This document shows, piece by piece, positions 1-12,021 of a stretch of DNA of 64,000 bases. The position numbers and the translations under genes are program-made. The notes under the pieces are model-generated. The model was not told the origin of the DNA. It searched no databases and was given only the letters and a program-made list of their open reading frames with translations. Position 1 is the stretch's first letter, and each line of letters starts with the position of its first letter. Origin of the DNA: Psammoneis japonica (lineage: Eukaryota); NCBI GenBank assembly GCA_008632985.1, contig QPGO01000104.1, positions 186,001-250,000 of the forward strand. The letters run 5' to 3'.

Positions 1-275
1 GTGTTATATGCCTTGGATTTGATTATGCTGGTAACAAACACATATGCTTTGACGTGAAGCACAAAAAAGGCGAGACCTGTCCAACTTTTCCGGCTGACAA
101 TAGCACGACAAACATTTGGGTACAGCACTGTAACCTACAACAACGTGGTGCGGCAATACCCGGTTGACAGACAATTTGACACTACTAGAATTATTAATCC
201 GCTACCAATACGCACAGATTTGACAAGATTCTGCGATGGCGTAAACACACGTTTTTGAGGCCATCGATCCTCTTC

Positions 276-646
276 TTAAGGATAGTAGTGTCCTTCCTCC
301 TCCTCTTCTTCTTCCTCCTCCTCTTCTTCTTCCTCCTCCTCTTCCTCCTCTTCTCCTCTTCTTCCTCCTCTTCCTCCTCTTCTTCCTCCTCTTCCTCCTC
401 TTCCTCCTCCGAGGATGATTTGCTTGACTTGCTAGACTTGCTAGACTTGCTTGACTTGCTTGACTTGCTTGACTTACTTGACTTGCTTCCCATTCCTTTG
501 CCATACAGCTCGCGAGCATTGTAGGTCGATGTTTTCTCCAACTTGCGGGCATGGATCTCGCGGCCGCGGACACGCGACTGAGCGGCAGCAACGTCCACCA
601 ACGCCATCGTGGCAACAGCAAGGAGGAACAACGGAAGAAGCTTCAT
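276..646 (-). CDS. Secreted silaffin-like protein (signal peptide, RXL sites, (KSS)n block, poly-Glu), with an apparent 1-nt frameshift in the poly-Glu tract
   Basis: MKLLPLFLLAVATMALVDVAAA signal peptide, then RKL and REL motifs, GSKSSKSSKSS... and a Glu run. Restoring one base near 351-355 gives ...EEEEGHYYP* (stop 276-278). 646-276+1=371, one short of a codon multiple. Confidence 0.8.
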
Positions 647-1214
647 GGTTGAGGGGGGAGAGAACACTGAAAATCACGCTGCAATCTGTTTTGTGAGAGT
701 TGTGAGTTGTGAGACGATGGCGGATAAAGTGGGCAAGTTTTTGTTTTTTCACAAAAAAAGTTGATAAATTTTGAAACATTTATATGACCTTCAGAACAGT
801 ATGATTCGCAAAAATTTAAAAATCAATGATGTTATTTCACGCTTCATACCGAATAATAAAAATTTAATTATCAAACCGCATGCCGTATCAAAATTTTAAA
901 GACAATGTTCGAATATGCACGTGAAGATATTCACATAATGACGCATACTCATTTATTATAAAATGTCAACGAATCACAATCTTAGATGCTGGATGTCGGA
1001 AGTCATGACTTACATAAAGGTGGTCAAATTTTTAAATATATTCAGAAACAAAAAAATGAGTCGTAGACATGACTCACACTGCGAAAGTAAAAATTTGTAA
1101 AGCGCTGCCAGTCGTGGGAAAGCAATTTCTTTCTCGCAACAAAACCGCTTCCATCGTGCCGCTTCTCACTTTTTCTTGTTTAAAAGAATCATCCCCCCAA
1201 CCCTGTTTCGAACC

Positions 1215-2282
1215 ATGCGTGTTTCTGCCTGTGTTTTCTTTGGTGTTGCTAGTCTGCTCGATTGGCAGAATGGAGCCTTGGCGATTGCTAATCCTTCGGG
1301 AGAAGAAACAGTCGAAAAGGTGGCGGACTCGGAGCAAAAGTTTGTATTGAAGCCGGATGCGAGCCTTTTAGACTATCTAGACCCCTCCCTGTTTGAAGAT
1401 CCATCGGTTTTGAAAGAAATCAAGGAAACTCTTCGTAGAGGAAGCCTCGTTGCTATCAAGGATGCGTTTATTCCAGAGTTTGCAGAATATGCGTGGTCCT
1501 CTTTTAGTCGAGATGATCTCGAATGGGAGCCGTTTGTGTCTATCAAGCCCAATGGCCACAACTTTCTAAAACACAGACCGGTCTCGAAAGATAAAGAGGA
1601 GGTGTTTAAACAAGTTTCAGATGTTTTCAAACACAAGGAATCGAGGAAGTTCATGTCTTCTCTTTCAGGCAGAAATTGCCATTCCAGCAACATTTCTACC
1701 TTGTTGAGCTGGTACAAGCCGGGAGATCACAGTAACCCACACAGTGATCGACTGGGAAAAAGAACGGTGACTTTTCTTTGGCAGCTCTCCAAAGATTGGG
1801 ATCCAGCTTGGGGTGGTGCCTTTTATTGGAACAATGCATTCTTCCAAAACGCTTACCAGCACGCCTCGTTTAACACGCTCCTCCTGTTCCCTGTAACGGC
1901 CACATCAACCCATGCTGTCACCCCAGTCTTGCCTGCTTCGGAAGGTTACAAACGACTGACCTTTTGTGGTTGGTACAATGCCAAAATAACTCGAGACGAA
2001 TGGGATACTGTGCATGATCCTTTGGAACTCATGTATGCCACCCCGGAGGATCGATCCGACTTGACATATGAGGAGGCAAAGCGAATTGTGGCGATGGATC
2101 TTTCCGAGGTCAAGGACGAGGCTCGCCGACAGAAACTTGATGCTCTCAAGGACGACATTCTGGATGAAGCTATTCATCCCTTATATGAAGATGCTATTTA
2201 TGTGTTGGGTTTTCCTGAGGAGAACCACGACCTTGAGAAAAAGGACGGGTTGTCGGAGGGACAACAAGAGAGGACCTCTTGA
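1215..2282 (+). CDS. Secreted 2OG-Fe(II) oxygenase (prolyl/lysyl-hydroxylase-like)
   Basis: Signal-like N-terminus MRVSACVFFGVASLL. Has the HSD ... WGG ... H(AVTPV) ... R(LTFCGW) HxD...H...R pattern. Confidence 0.85.
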   Translation: MRVSACVFFGVASLLDWQNGALAIANPSGEETVEKVADSEQKFVLKPDASLLDYLDPSLFEDPSVLKEIKETLRRGSLVAIKDAFIPEFAEYAWSSFSRDDLEWEPFVSIKPNGHNFLKHRPVSKDKEEVFKQVSDVFKHKESRKFMSSLSGRNCHSSNISTLLSWYKPGDHSNPHSDRLGKRTVTFLWQLSKDWDPAWGGAFYWNNAFFQNAYQHASFNTLLLFPVTATSTHAVTPVLPASEGYKRLTFCGWYNAKITRDEWDTVHDPLELMYATPEDRSDLTYEEAKRIVAMDLSEVKDEARRQKLDALKDDILDEAIHPLYEDAIYVLGFPEENHDLEKKDGLSEGQQERTS

Positions 2283-3849
2283 ACCGTTTCATTGAGTCTT
2301 TAGCTTTTCACGTACAATTGTAACTCTATAGCGTCAGACCTACATACTTTCTTTGTTCTTCTGGATGTCCTTCGAGGACGATAAAACTTAATGTGTCACT
2401 GTGAATGGGAATGAATCAGGGTGAATGGCAAAACTGCAATGCACAACTTGATCGGGACCAAAAGGTGGTAGATTTCTGTTGCATTGATGGCAACTTTGCC
2501 AGGCCGAGGCAATCAGCAACAAAAAGTTTGAGGTTAGGATGATGCAAAGGGCACCCTCAAGGTGTGAAGAGGAGACAAGTGGTCATGTGGGGACGCTGTT
2601 CCAGTGATCCCAGTCCAGCAAGCCTCTTTTGTGGAGAAGCAGAAGGACATGTGTTCACCCCCAAGGGAGACAGAACATCAATGCTGTTCCTCCTTCTAAG
2701 GCTCATTTGCAATCTGTGGCAGAGTTTGATGATGCCAAACCAATCTTTGAAGAGAGCTGATTTGTCAAATGTCAAAGGCAAGAGTGTCTTGGTTTTGGCA
2801 TTTTCAACCAGAGTCTTGACATGCTGTTGGTGTGTTTGAGAGTTGCCAAGCTTTGTGAGATCCCCATCCATTGCAGACTTGCCAGCCTCAAGCCAAGGAT
2901 CTTAAACTTTCTTCATCTCAGCCACTGCTTTGTGCCCAGCTTGTCTGGTTCATTGTGAGCCTTCAAATGGTGCACAGTGCACATTGGTTGACAGAGAACC
3001 GTCCCTGCCAGTGCACTTTTCAGCAGCAATCACAGCATGAATGAGGCTTTTCCTGGCACTTGCTGCCACCAACCTGCCCACTTGCTGCTTCAAAGCTTTG
3101 GCTGTTCAATCCATCATGATGTGTGTGGAAGCTTCAAAACACAGTGGAGGCGGCCATTGTTGTGGTGGTTGTGCTGCTCCCCAGTTGTGCCATGGCAGTG
3201 GCAATCAAGTCCTTGTGCACCACAGGCAGTGGCTCATGGCACATCTTCAACCACTTCCCCTTCATGGAGTGGGTGGATCAAATGGGCTCCTGCCATGGCA
3301 TGTCAATGATGGCAAAGTTTGGTCTGCAACAACTTGATGAAAAGATGGGAATCTTGTGGACCTGCATCAATGAGGTGACCTTGCTCTTGCCACTGTCTTT
3401 AAAGTCCAAGGGCTTGAGCTGCTCCAACCCCACAAGGCACTTGGCAAACATGCCTGCCCTTTGATGTCACCAGCAAAGTTGGCACCTGCAGATGAAATGG
3501 AGCCTTGTTGGCACCAAAGGTGTTTCGCACATTGGAAAACCCAAGTGCAAGACCTGGGGTGGAAAGCGGTGACACAGAGAATGCAACAGCAGCTGTGCCC
3601 ACAGCTGTCTGCACTCCAGTCTGCCCCTGAGGGCACAAAGTGGGCAGACACAACCCATCAAAGCCAGGGGGCTTGGCAATCCTTTGCTCCAATCTGACCA
3701 TTGCACTTTTCTCAACAGCAGCTCTCAAGTGGCTTTGAGACATTGTTCCCCACAATCCCAGATCCTTGTGACACATGCTGGGGATCAATGTTCCTCAACA
3801 ACAGCTCTTGGAAACCAAGCATGTGCACCAACTTAGAAGTTCTGCTGAG

Positions 3850-4960
3850 AGCACAGCCACCACACCAAAACATTGCCACTCTCCCGCTCATTGTTTCCTC
3901 AGCTTTCAACATCTTGCTGGCAATCAGGTCACAGCCTCTGCACCAATGCCGCCCACTCCTGTGCTGCTCACTCCTGCTTTTGCTTGTTGATTGGAAGTGA
4001 GTCCATGCCCCCACACTTGCCAGCCACACGTGCCTCTGTGACCATCTGAGCAGGCTTGGTGAGAGCATTTGCAACCATTGAGAGCATTTGCAACCATGTC
4101 AGCCATGTCATCAACAAAGGTGCCATCAGCGTGAAAGGCCAGAGACCTTCTCCAGTGTGTCGCACCACTTTCTTCAGCCAACTCTCTGTGTTCAATGTCA
4201 ATTTCTTCAAGCAAAGCAATGTGTTTGCTTGTGAAGCCAATTGGCACAACAACCAAGTTCTGGCGCTGCTCACCACAATCTCTGGAAGCACATCATTGGT
4301 TTGCAGACAAAGCCATTCAACAGGACCCACCCAACTTTGGCAGCTCAAATGAATTTTGATGCCGGCCTTGGGCCCAGGAAGCAATTTAGATGTTTTTCCA
4401 ACACAATCCTGTCTCTGTTCTTGACATGGGTCCCCCACATTGATGTAAAATTTTGGCACCCCATGAGCAGAAAACAGCACATGGCAGGCACATTTCTGCC
4501 CCTCTGCCGTGCCCTCTACAATTTCTTCAGGCATGAAGACTCAAGCTCTTTCTGAACAAGGTCTGCCATTGCCTTGGCACAACCTGGCCTGTCACACCAC
4601 AAGGGGACCACCGTGTGAACCAATTTGTTGGGCTCAAACCAATCTGTGTTCTTGGCAAAGATCTCCTGCAAAATTTGCCAAGCAGGAGAATGACAAAAGC
4701 ATTTGTGCCATCCTTTTGAATCTGCTCTGAAGCATCCTCAACAAATGAGTGCCAGCACCACATCACAACACATGCCTTGACATCTGGGGGTCATGTCGTT
4801 GCTTCAAAGAGTGACTCATGAGATTCACCTGTGTGTTGGAGCACTTCAGGATTGAAGGTCCCCCTCTGATTGATTTGCAAGCAGCCCTTGATTTGGGAAC
4901 TTGCCATTGTGACATTGTCCAAGCAATCAGTGGACTGCAATGGTGCCAGTGGTTGCAGCA
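3850..4960 (-). pseudogene. hemH: Ferrochelatase pseudogene (plastid type, with C-terminal CAB/LHC-motif remnant)
   Basis: Frameshifted fragments: PKSRAACKSIRGGPSILKCS, VVPLWCDRPGCAKAMADLV, VLFSAHGVPKFYINVGDPCQ, LSCQSWVGPVEWL, VVVPIGFTSKHIALLEEIDIEHRELAEESG, AEETMSGRVAM. Confidence 0.9.
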
Positions 4961-6299
4961 GTCAAACAAGAATGCCATGGTCTGAAAACATGTTGCACAG
5001 CTCACCTGTCAGAAGGTGGCAATTTTGGCATCTGTGCCTGTTGAGCTCAGCTTCTCACTTCTCTTTTGTCAAGTGTCAACCCCTGTGTGCATTTCTGCAC
5101 GTGCTCTCACACCAATTTTGCCCTTTTCAGATGGCATTTTGCTGTGTCCCCCAGCACCCTTTGGGCCACTTCTGTCATTGGTGTGCCCTTGTTTTGGCAT
5201 GATGTGCAATGATTTTCAGCAAAAATCCATGCCTTGTGGTTTGCGTGCTTGTTGTCTCGGCAATTTGTTGCAGATTCAGTGCATTTTCTGCACAGGATCC
5301 ATCGCAAGTTCCGCGCACTTCACAAATGCCCGCCCATGTTCACATTGTCTTTGATGCAATCATCTTCTGTCCACACCGTCATCCCACCACATTTCTTTTT
5401 CTCCTGTTGGCTTCTCAAGTCCTTCACCTCATGTGGTGCAAGTTCTGCCCCTCTTGCTGTGGTGTTTTCAAGTGCTTGTTTGGACAAACCATTGGCGCCA
5501 CTTGATGGCCATCCATTTGCTGCACAGATTGGCATTTCTGTGCAAGATTTGGCATCAATTCTGCGTGAGAATGATGTTTCTTCCAACGCCCTTCTCATCA
5601 CATCATCAAGGCTCCCTGTTTCACACATGCAAGTCCTGAACACCCCCTCTTTTCCCCACTGGCCTGCCAACCATGCTGCTCTGAGCAGCCAGTGGCTCAA
5701 TTTTGTTCCGGCGCATCAGGTGTGAAACTCAGTCAGTCTTTGTTGAAGACAAGACTCATCCTTGGAAGCAAGTTTTTTTCAGAGTTTGCACTGACTTTGT
5801 GTCCTCATGTTGACATGGCTGTCCTTTGTTGTGTTGGTTTGGGTGCTTTGCATCCTCTCCAAAAGAAAGCAACGACCTCAATTCTGTGCAATTGCATCTC
5901 AACCAGTTGTCTCCATTGGGTGCCTCCATCCAGAAGCACCGTGCAAACTTAAAATTGGGTTTGAGTTTTTCTTTGAAGCAAATGGCAAATGACCTGTCCA
6001 CTGCCTGACCAACAAACCAGCCAACAACTGGCCAACACAAAAAAAGTGTCCTGAAGAATCGCCAGCCACTGAGTGGTTCAATGAAATCTTGCACCCCGCA
6101 CCAGTGGTGGGAGGTCCAAGTGTTTTTTTCAGAGGAGGAAAAAGCCCCTGTGCTTTGGCCATCTTGGTTTTCAAAGAAAGCCAGAGCATCAAGTCCAAAA
6201 AGAAAGAAAAGCAAAAGACCATGCCCAAATGGTGCAAAAACATGGAAAATGAAAATTTCAACTGATGTGCCTTTGCAAATTCTTCCATGAGCAGGTGTG

Positions 6300-8250
6300 A
6301 AATGCACCAGTTCTGCTGGAATCGATTTCCGAGTGGAAGCAACTCAATCAGAGCAGCACCTCAAGATGGAACCCTGTTTTTTTGTCTGCAAGACAAGAGG
6401 ATTTGTTCTGATGCAATCCATTTCAAAAGCCTCAGGACCAAGGACTCCACAAGTGCACAGCATCATCAAAATGTCTGCACCAAGTCATGGTTGGATAGAA
6501 TTTCAGGTCACGAGTCAATCAGGTCCAAGAAACACATCTGCTGTGCAAGGAGAGACCATTGGAGAGTTTTTAGAGACCAAATCGACAAGCCTTGAGTCCA
6601 AAGAGCAAGAAGGAACCATTGAAAACTACCCCAAGAGTCTCTCAACTCATGCCTTCCGAGAAATTACACTTCAGAATCAGAGTTGTTGTTTTTGAGACGA
6701 TCTGAAGAAACCAAAGGCTCTCAGCAGCAAGAAAGTGCCTGTTGGACCCAAGAGGTCAATGAAGAGTGTCTGTGCGACCCTTCAATCGACTCTAAGTTGA
6801 ATCTGGTGGGAAACCAAGCGCTGAGCCATCAGCCATCACTCGCACCGCAAGGATGGCAGCATCAGTCTGCTGTCCAAAATGACGAACTGCTGGAACACAC
6901 CCTTGACAAGCTGATTGAATTTTGAGCAGTCCAGAGGTTGTTGAAGACGTCCATGACAAAAAAATGTCAAATCAGACTCTGACAGCAAGGTTGGCTCCAA
7001 AACCAAAATGGCTCCAAGTTTGGTTCCGAAAATGGTCTCCTTTGTGGCACCTGAGCTGTCCAAAGTGAATGAAAAGTGCCACCTTTGAAAAAAGAACACC
7101 TGCATCATGGATTGAAGCCACTCTAAAAACAAAGTGGCAAAAGAGTGCAAGGGCAGCTCTGAAAGAGACCCAAAAATACAAAGCTCTGATGGCAATCGCA
7201 CACGGTCGTGTGACGACAGCAGAAACACCTCTGTGAAAGAGGAGTTGAATGCCACAAGGACTGAGCAGTTCACAACAACATTTAAAATGAGTTCCTTGGC
7301 ATGGGAACAAAAAAACAAGAGCAAAATTGTGACTCCAAAACACTTGGTGAACAAAACCATCAATTTGGAAAAATTGATCTGATCGATTCCGATCAAAAAA
7401 TTTGTGCCGCTGGAGGAGCACAACTCAATGCAGGACGTCTGGCAACCCAGAAAAAACACCACAGCATGTTGCACCAGTCCTGTCCTCTTTGTCTGTGTGA
7501 GTGCTTCTCTGAGAAAAGCAAAAAACAAGCTTCAACGCCGTTCTTCTCAACAAAGAACATTGTCAACCACAACTTTGCACAAAATCATGCGGAAGTTGAG
7601 AATGAAGAAATCCTCCACCAAAACTTGGGAAACAAAGGGTGGACTCTTCACGACTGACAGTCGCTGTCCAACACAGTTCTCTTTGTCTGAACTTGACAAG
7701 CATGTGATGACATCAATGACAAAGTGTGTTTGCAACACATCATTCTCTTCAAGTTCACATGATGTGATCAATTGACATGACTTGATGCTCAGTCTTGCAA
7801 TCAAACTGGGCTGTGCAAATGAAGAAATCAAATTGGAAGAAGCAGCTGCCCTGCAAAGAATGTTGTGCACTCTTTGATGCTGATGTTTTCCAGCTGAAAA
7901 CTGGTCACATTGAAAAATGTGATGACGTGAGTGGAGTCAATGACGGAACGAATGGTCCTCGACTCACATTGTCACACTGTTCATCACAATGATGTGACAG
8001 CTGCGGCAACTCATCTGACTCCAGAGGAGCAGGATCAATTGAGCTTCCTTTTAAAAAAAGATTTGAGTCTCTTTTTGATGGTTCTCTGGGCAAGTGGACC
8101 GGAAAACCTTGCAGTGAAATCTGGTGCAAAACTGCATCACACAAAAGGTTTCCTGTTTCCACAAGCCTTGGAGGCAACTTGCAAGGAGGTCGAAAGGCTC
8201 TGCAAGCCAAAAATCCTGAAGAAAAACAAACCACTCTGAGCTCTTCCCCA
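6300..8250 (+). mobile_element. Degenerate Ty3/gypsy gag-pol remnant (protease to start of RT)
   Basis: HDVI..HDLM (cf. protease YDxIIGRDL) near 7760-7790. HLTPEEQDQLSFLLKK..LFDGSLGKW..KEVERLCK..ILKK at 8010-8230 matches the pre-RT region of diatom gypsy pol. Left boundary approximate. Confidence 0.65.
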
Positions 8251-8351
8251 GTTTCTGTGCATGACTCAAGCACACCCATTGTCCGAAGGGGGGCACAACT
8301 CCACACCCAGATGCAACACTGAGTCCCAGCGACATCTGCTGACCAGCAGAG

Positions 8352-8748
8352 GACGCGCTCCAGCTCTGGGTGGGACCTTGCACCACTGCACTGTGACATC
8401 AACAGTTTTTTGGATCGCGTCGCATGTCACCCACGCACATTTCTACGTGTTGTGTTCTCCGAAATTGTTTCATGCTCCCTGTTTTGCGAAGCCAAAGGCT
8501 TTCCATTTTCAACATTTGTGAGAATGAAAATGTGCTGGGTGTTTTCTTTGATGTCTGAAGAACACACCCGGGCAAACTGTTGATGATGCACTGCAAGCAT
8601 GGAGGAGGAGATGCTTTCGTAAAATTGCCTCTTTTTCTGTTGGCGATCATTCACATTTTCATTGCAGCAAAAATTCACTGCAGAGCTTGCACGCAGAATT
8701 CTGCAGGCCCAATGTCACACGGAGTCCCGCCTGGGACTGGAACCCATC
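8352..8748 (+). mobile_element. MITE family A, copy 1 (~397 bp)
   Basis: TIRs GACGCGCTCCAGCTCTGGGTGGGA / TCCCGCCTGGGACTGGAACCCATC with 4-bp TSD AGAG. Near-identical to 48769-49162 and 57477-57874. Confidence 0.9.
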
Positions 8749-8829
8749 AGAGCCACAGAAAAAGCAAAATGATGCTGCGCATCTGAGAGGAAATGAAGCA
8801 CAGAAGCTTTGGAAAACAACAACAAACAA

Positions 8830-10685
8830 GTCCCGCATTTCCATGTTTTTGTGTTTTCCCGCATTTCCATGTTTTCGTGTTTTTCTGCATTTCCATGTTT
8901 TTGTGTTTTCCCGCATTTCCGTGTTTTGGTGTTCCGTGTTTTTGTGTTTTTCCATGTTTCCTTGTTTTCATGTTTTTCCGCATTTTCGTGTTTTCGTGTT
9001 TTCCTGCATTTCCATGTTTTCATGTTTTCCTGCATTTTCGTGTTTTTGCATTTTCCCGCATTTCCGTGTTTTCCCGCATTTCCGTGTTTTCCCACATTTT
9101 CGTGTTTTCATGTTTTCCCAAATTTCCGTGTTTTTGTGTTTTCCTGCATTTCCATGTTTTCGTGTTTTCATTGCATTTCCGTGTTTTCGTGTTTTCCTGC
9201 ATTTCGGTGTTTTTGTGTTTTCCCACATTTCTGCATTTTTGTGTTTTGTCGTGTTTCCATGTTTTGGTGTTTTCCCGCATTTCCATGTTTTTGTGTTTTT
9301 CCGCATGTCTGCATTTTCTTGTTTTCCAGTGTTTCCGTGTTTTTCCGCATTTCCATCTTTTCATGTTTTCCCGCATTTCCGTGTTTTCATGTTTTCCAAC
9401 ATTTCCGTGTTTTTGTGTTTTCCTGCATTTCCATGTTTCCGCTTTTCCTGCATTTCCTTGTTTTCGTGTTTTCCCACATCCCGCATTTCCGTGTTTTCAT
9501 GTTTTCCAACATTTCCGTGTTTTTGTGTTTTCCTGCATTTCCATGTTTTTGTGTTTTCCTTGCATTTCCGTGTTTTCGTGTTTTTGGGCACGCTGAATTA
9601 AAGTCACGCATTGGGCACATGCCCTCACTCCACTTTTGCCCCCGAATGGCCAGATCTGTAAAACGGATGTTTCTGTAAAACGCGCACGCAATTGGCGTGC
9701 ACGAACAGTCAAAATGTGCATCCGGCGGCAAGACAAGGGAATCGAACACGGCCCGGCGCAAGACGGACAGGTCTCACGCAGAATCCTGCGCAGACATGAG
9801 GTGATGAGCCAACCCATGTGTTTTGCACGACAAAGCACGTGTTTTACAGATCAACACGGTTTTACACCATTGCCCTCCCTCCCCCACTTTTCTCTGGAGG
9901 GTGCGCCCAATGCGCGACTTCAACTCAGTGCACCCTTTGTGTTTTCCCTCATTTCCGTGTTTTTGTGTTTTCCCGCATTTCCATGTTTTCCCACATTTCC
10001 TTGTTTTTGTGTTTTCCAGGGTTTCTGTGTTTTCATGTTTTCCCGCATTTCCGTGTTTTCGTGTTTTCCCACATTTCCTTGTTTTTGTGTTTTCCAGGGT
10101 TTCTGTGTTTTCATGTTTTCCCGCATTTCCGTGTCTTCGTGTTTTCCCGCATTTTCGTGTTTTCGCACATTTCCATGTTTTCGTGTTTTCCCATGTTTTT
10201 GTGTTTTCCTGTGTTTCCGTGTTTTCATTTTCCCGCATTTCCCTTTTTCATGTTTTCCCACATTCCTGTGTTTTCGTGTTTTCTCATGTTTCCAGGTTTT
10301 TGTGTTTTCTCGCATTTCCAGGTTTTTCTGTTTTCCCTCATTTCCGGGTTTTCATGTTTTCCCGCATTTCCTGGTTTTCGTGTTTTCTCTCTGCCATTCA
10401 TTGCAACGCCAGAGCACAATTTCGCGCCTTTCACAATTTCCTGTGTTTCCGTGTTTTTGTGTTTTCCCACATTTTCGTGTTTTTGTGTTTTCCTGCATTT
10501 CCGTGTTTTCGTGTTTTCCCACATTTCCGTGTTTTGTGTTTTCCCACATTTCTGTTTTTTTGTGTTTTCCCACATTTCCGTTTTTTTGTGTTTTCCTTGC
10601 ATTTCCGTGTTTCAGTGTTTTGGTGTTTTCCCGCATTTCTCCAGGTTTTTGTGTCTTCCCGCATTTCCGGGTTTTCTTGTTTTCC
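8830..10685. repeat. Satellite/minisatellite of 8-9-bp subunits (~26-bp higher-order unit TTTTCCCGCATTTCCGTGTTTTTGTG), interrupted by a MITE
   Basis: Directly visible tandem arrays at 8830-9585 and 9936-10685. Confidence 0.95.
9586..9935. mobile_element. MITE with ~35-bp TIRs (GGG...CCC), PIF/Harbinger-like
   Basis: Left end GGGCACGCTGAATTAAAGTCACGCATTGGGC; right end reverse complement GGGTGCACTGAGTTGAAGTCGCGCATTGGGC. Flanked by TTT/TTT inside the satellite. Confidence 0.8.
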
Positions 10686-12021
10686 TTTGATTTTGTGTGG
10701 TCCAGCAAAGGCTGCAGCCCTGAGCAAAAACAATGTGGCAGAGAAATCAACAAGCTTTCAATGAATGAGTTCCGGCACACAATGATTGACAAGGGCCACC
10801 ACAGCAAAGGATTCACTGCCATTTGCATGGCCCAAACAGCACCCACTCCATCAGCAACTCTTGGTGTTTCCAAAAACAAGCACGACATTGCAGTGGACCT
10901 GTTGCACAAGCTTGTCTCTGCTTCAAGTGACAAGGGATCCTTTCTGTGCCATTTCAGGGATGAAATGAACAAAACCTTTGCATCGCTCAAGCACGCACCC
11001 TGCCTCCTGCAACATGACTTTCTGGCAAGACTTGGTGCAGCACCAAGGAATGTTTGGCACCTGCATTTTGATTGCTGCTTTTTGGTTGGAACAAAGCAAC
11101 AACAATCACAAGAAACAAGAGCACCCCCATCCAGTGGCTGCAGTGCAGCTCAACAACTTGCCCTCATTCAGTCTCGCCACATGAACAATTCTGGTGTTGT
11201 TTCATTTTTCATGTGCCCTTCCTCAATGCATCCATGGTTTGTTCATTTCCTTTTTAATCCACCTGGCATGTTGGTCTGCTGTTGATTCCATTGGCTCTTG
11301 TTTCAACGAGTTGTCACCAAAAACATCAATTTAAACAGCTGCCTGTTGTGGTGCCTGCGGGAGCCACAAATCCATGTTTTTGATGTCTTTCTCATCATTT
11401 TCTCCTGCTTGCAACTGCTTGCTGTTGTTTTCTTGGGTCTTTTCTTGGGTCTCTTCTGTCCCGTCCATGTGGTCCCAGAACTCCCTCGAACAAACTTCGT
11501 TGCACTCATCTGCGTCCTTGCTCAATCTCTGCTTGTGTGAATCTTTTTTCCCAATTCTTTCTGCCACGGGTGCATTTTTTGGCAAAGAGCTTTTGGGCAG
11601 GAAAGACACTGTTAGCCCAGCAATGTACCTCCAGTGAGCTAGCCGAGATGTCCCGCTCTCGTTCTTCTGTTCAACAAAGCCGACACGTCCATTCGTTGAA
11701 AATTTCACAATGCCCTTGCCACATCATGGCCTCAGTCATTAAGAAAGGAAAAGTCTTAGCAGCAAACGACACATTCCAAACAGCTATGACGATGCTTCTG
11801 ATTCCTCGGTCCTAAATTGCCGCCTTTGTTTCGTGTGGCTTCGTACGACGGGGCGCCCTCATCGCATTTAACTAGTGAAGCAGAAAGAGTTGCTTTTCTC
11901 TAAAATTCTTCTCCTATGAATTAAAAAGTTAACTCTTGGAAACTTCCTTTGCTACGGACACAAACAAAAGGAATAATATTTTTGCATATCACTTCACAAA
12001 AGCATTCAACCACCAATGTCT

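Larger units (their letters stand above)
2390..11820. other. TpA/CpG-depleted degenerate repeat block 1
   Basis: Near absence of TA, excess TG/CA, and Tyr-free Cys/His-rich spurious ORFs. Contains the pseudogene, gypsy remnant, MITEs and satellite listed below. Confidence 0.85.

Noticed and set aside
194..350. Protamine-like poly-K/R C-terminus in ORF 194..667
   Set aside because: Out-of-frame reading of the poly-Glu tract after a 1-nt deletion.
8830..10685. Possible CRISPR array or telomere
   Set aside because: No unique spacers, no cas genes and no TTAGGG. It is a degenerate tandem repeat in a eukaryotic context.
8687..11285. Long F/C/V- and K/T/E-rich ORFs (up to 549 aa)
   Set aside because: Translations of the satellite. 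They stay open because TA loss removes TAA/TAG stops.
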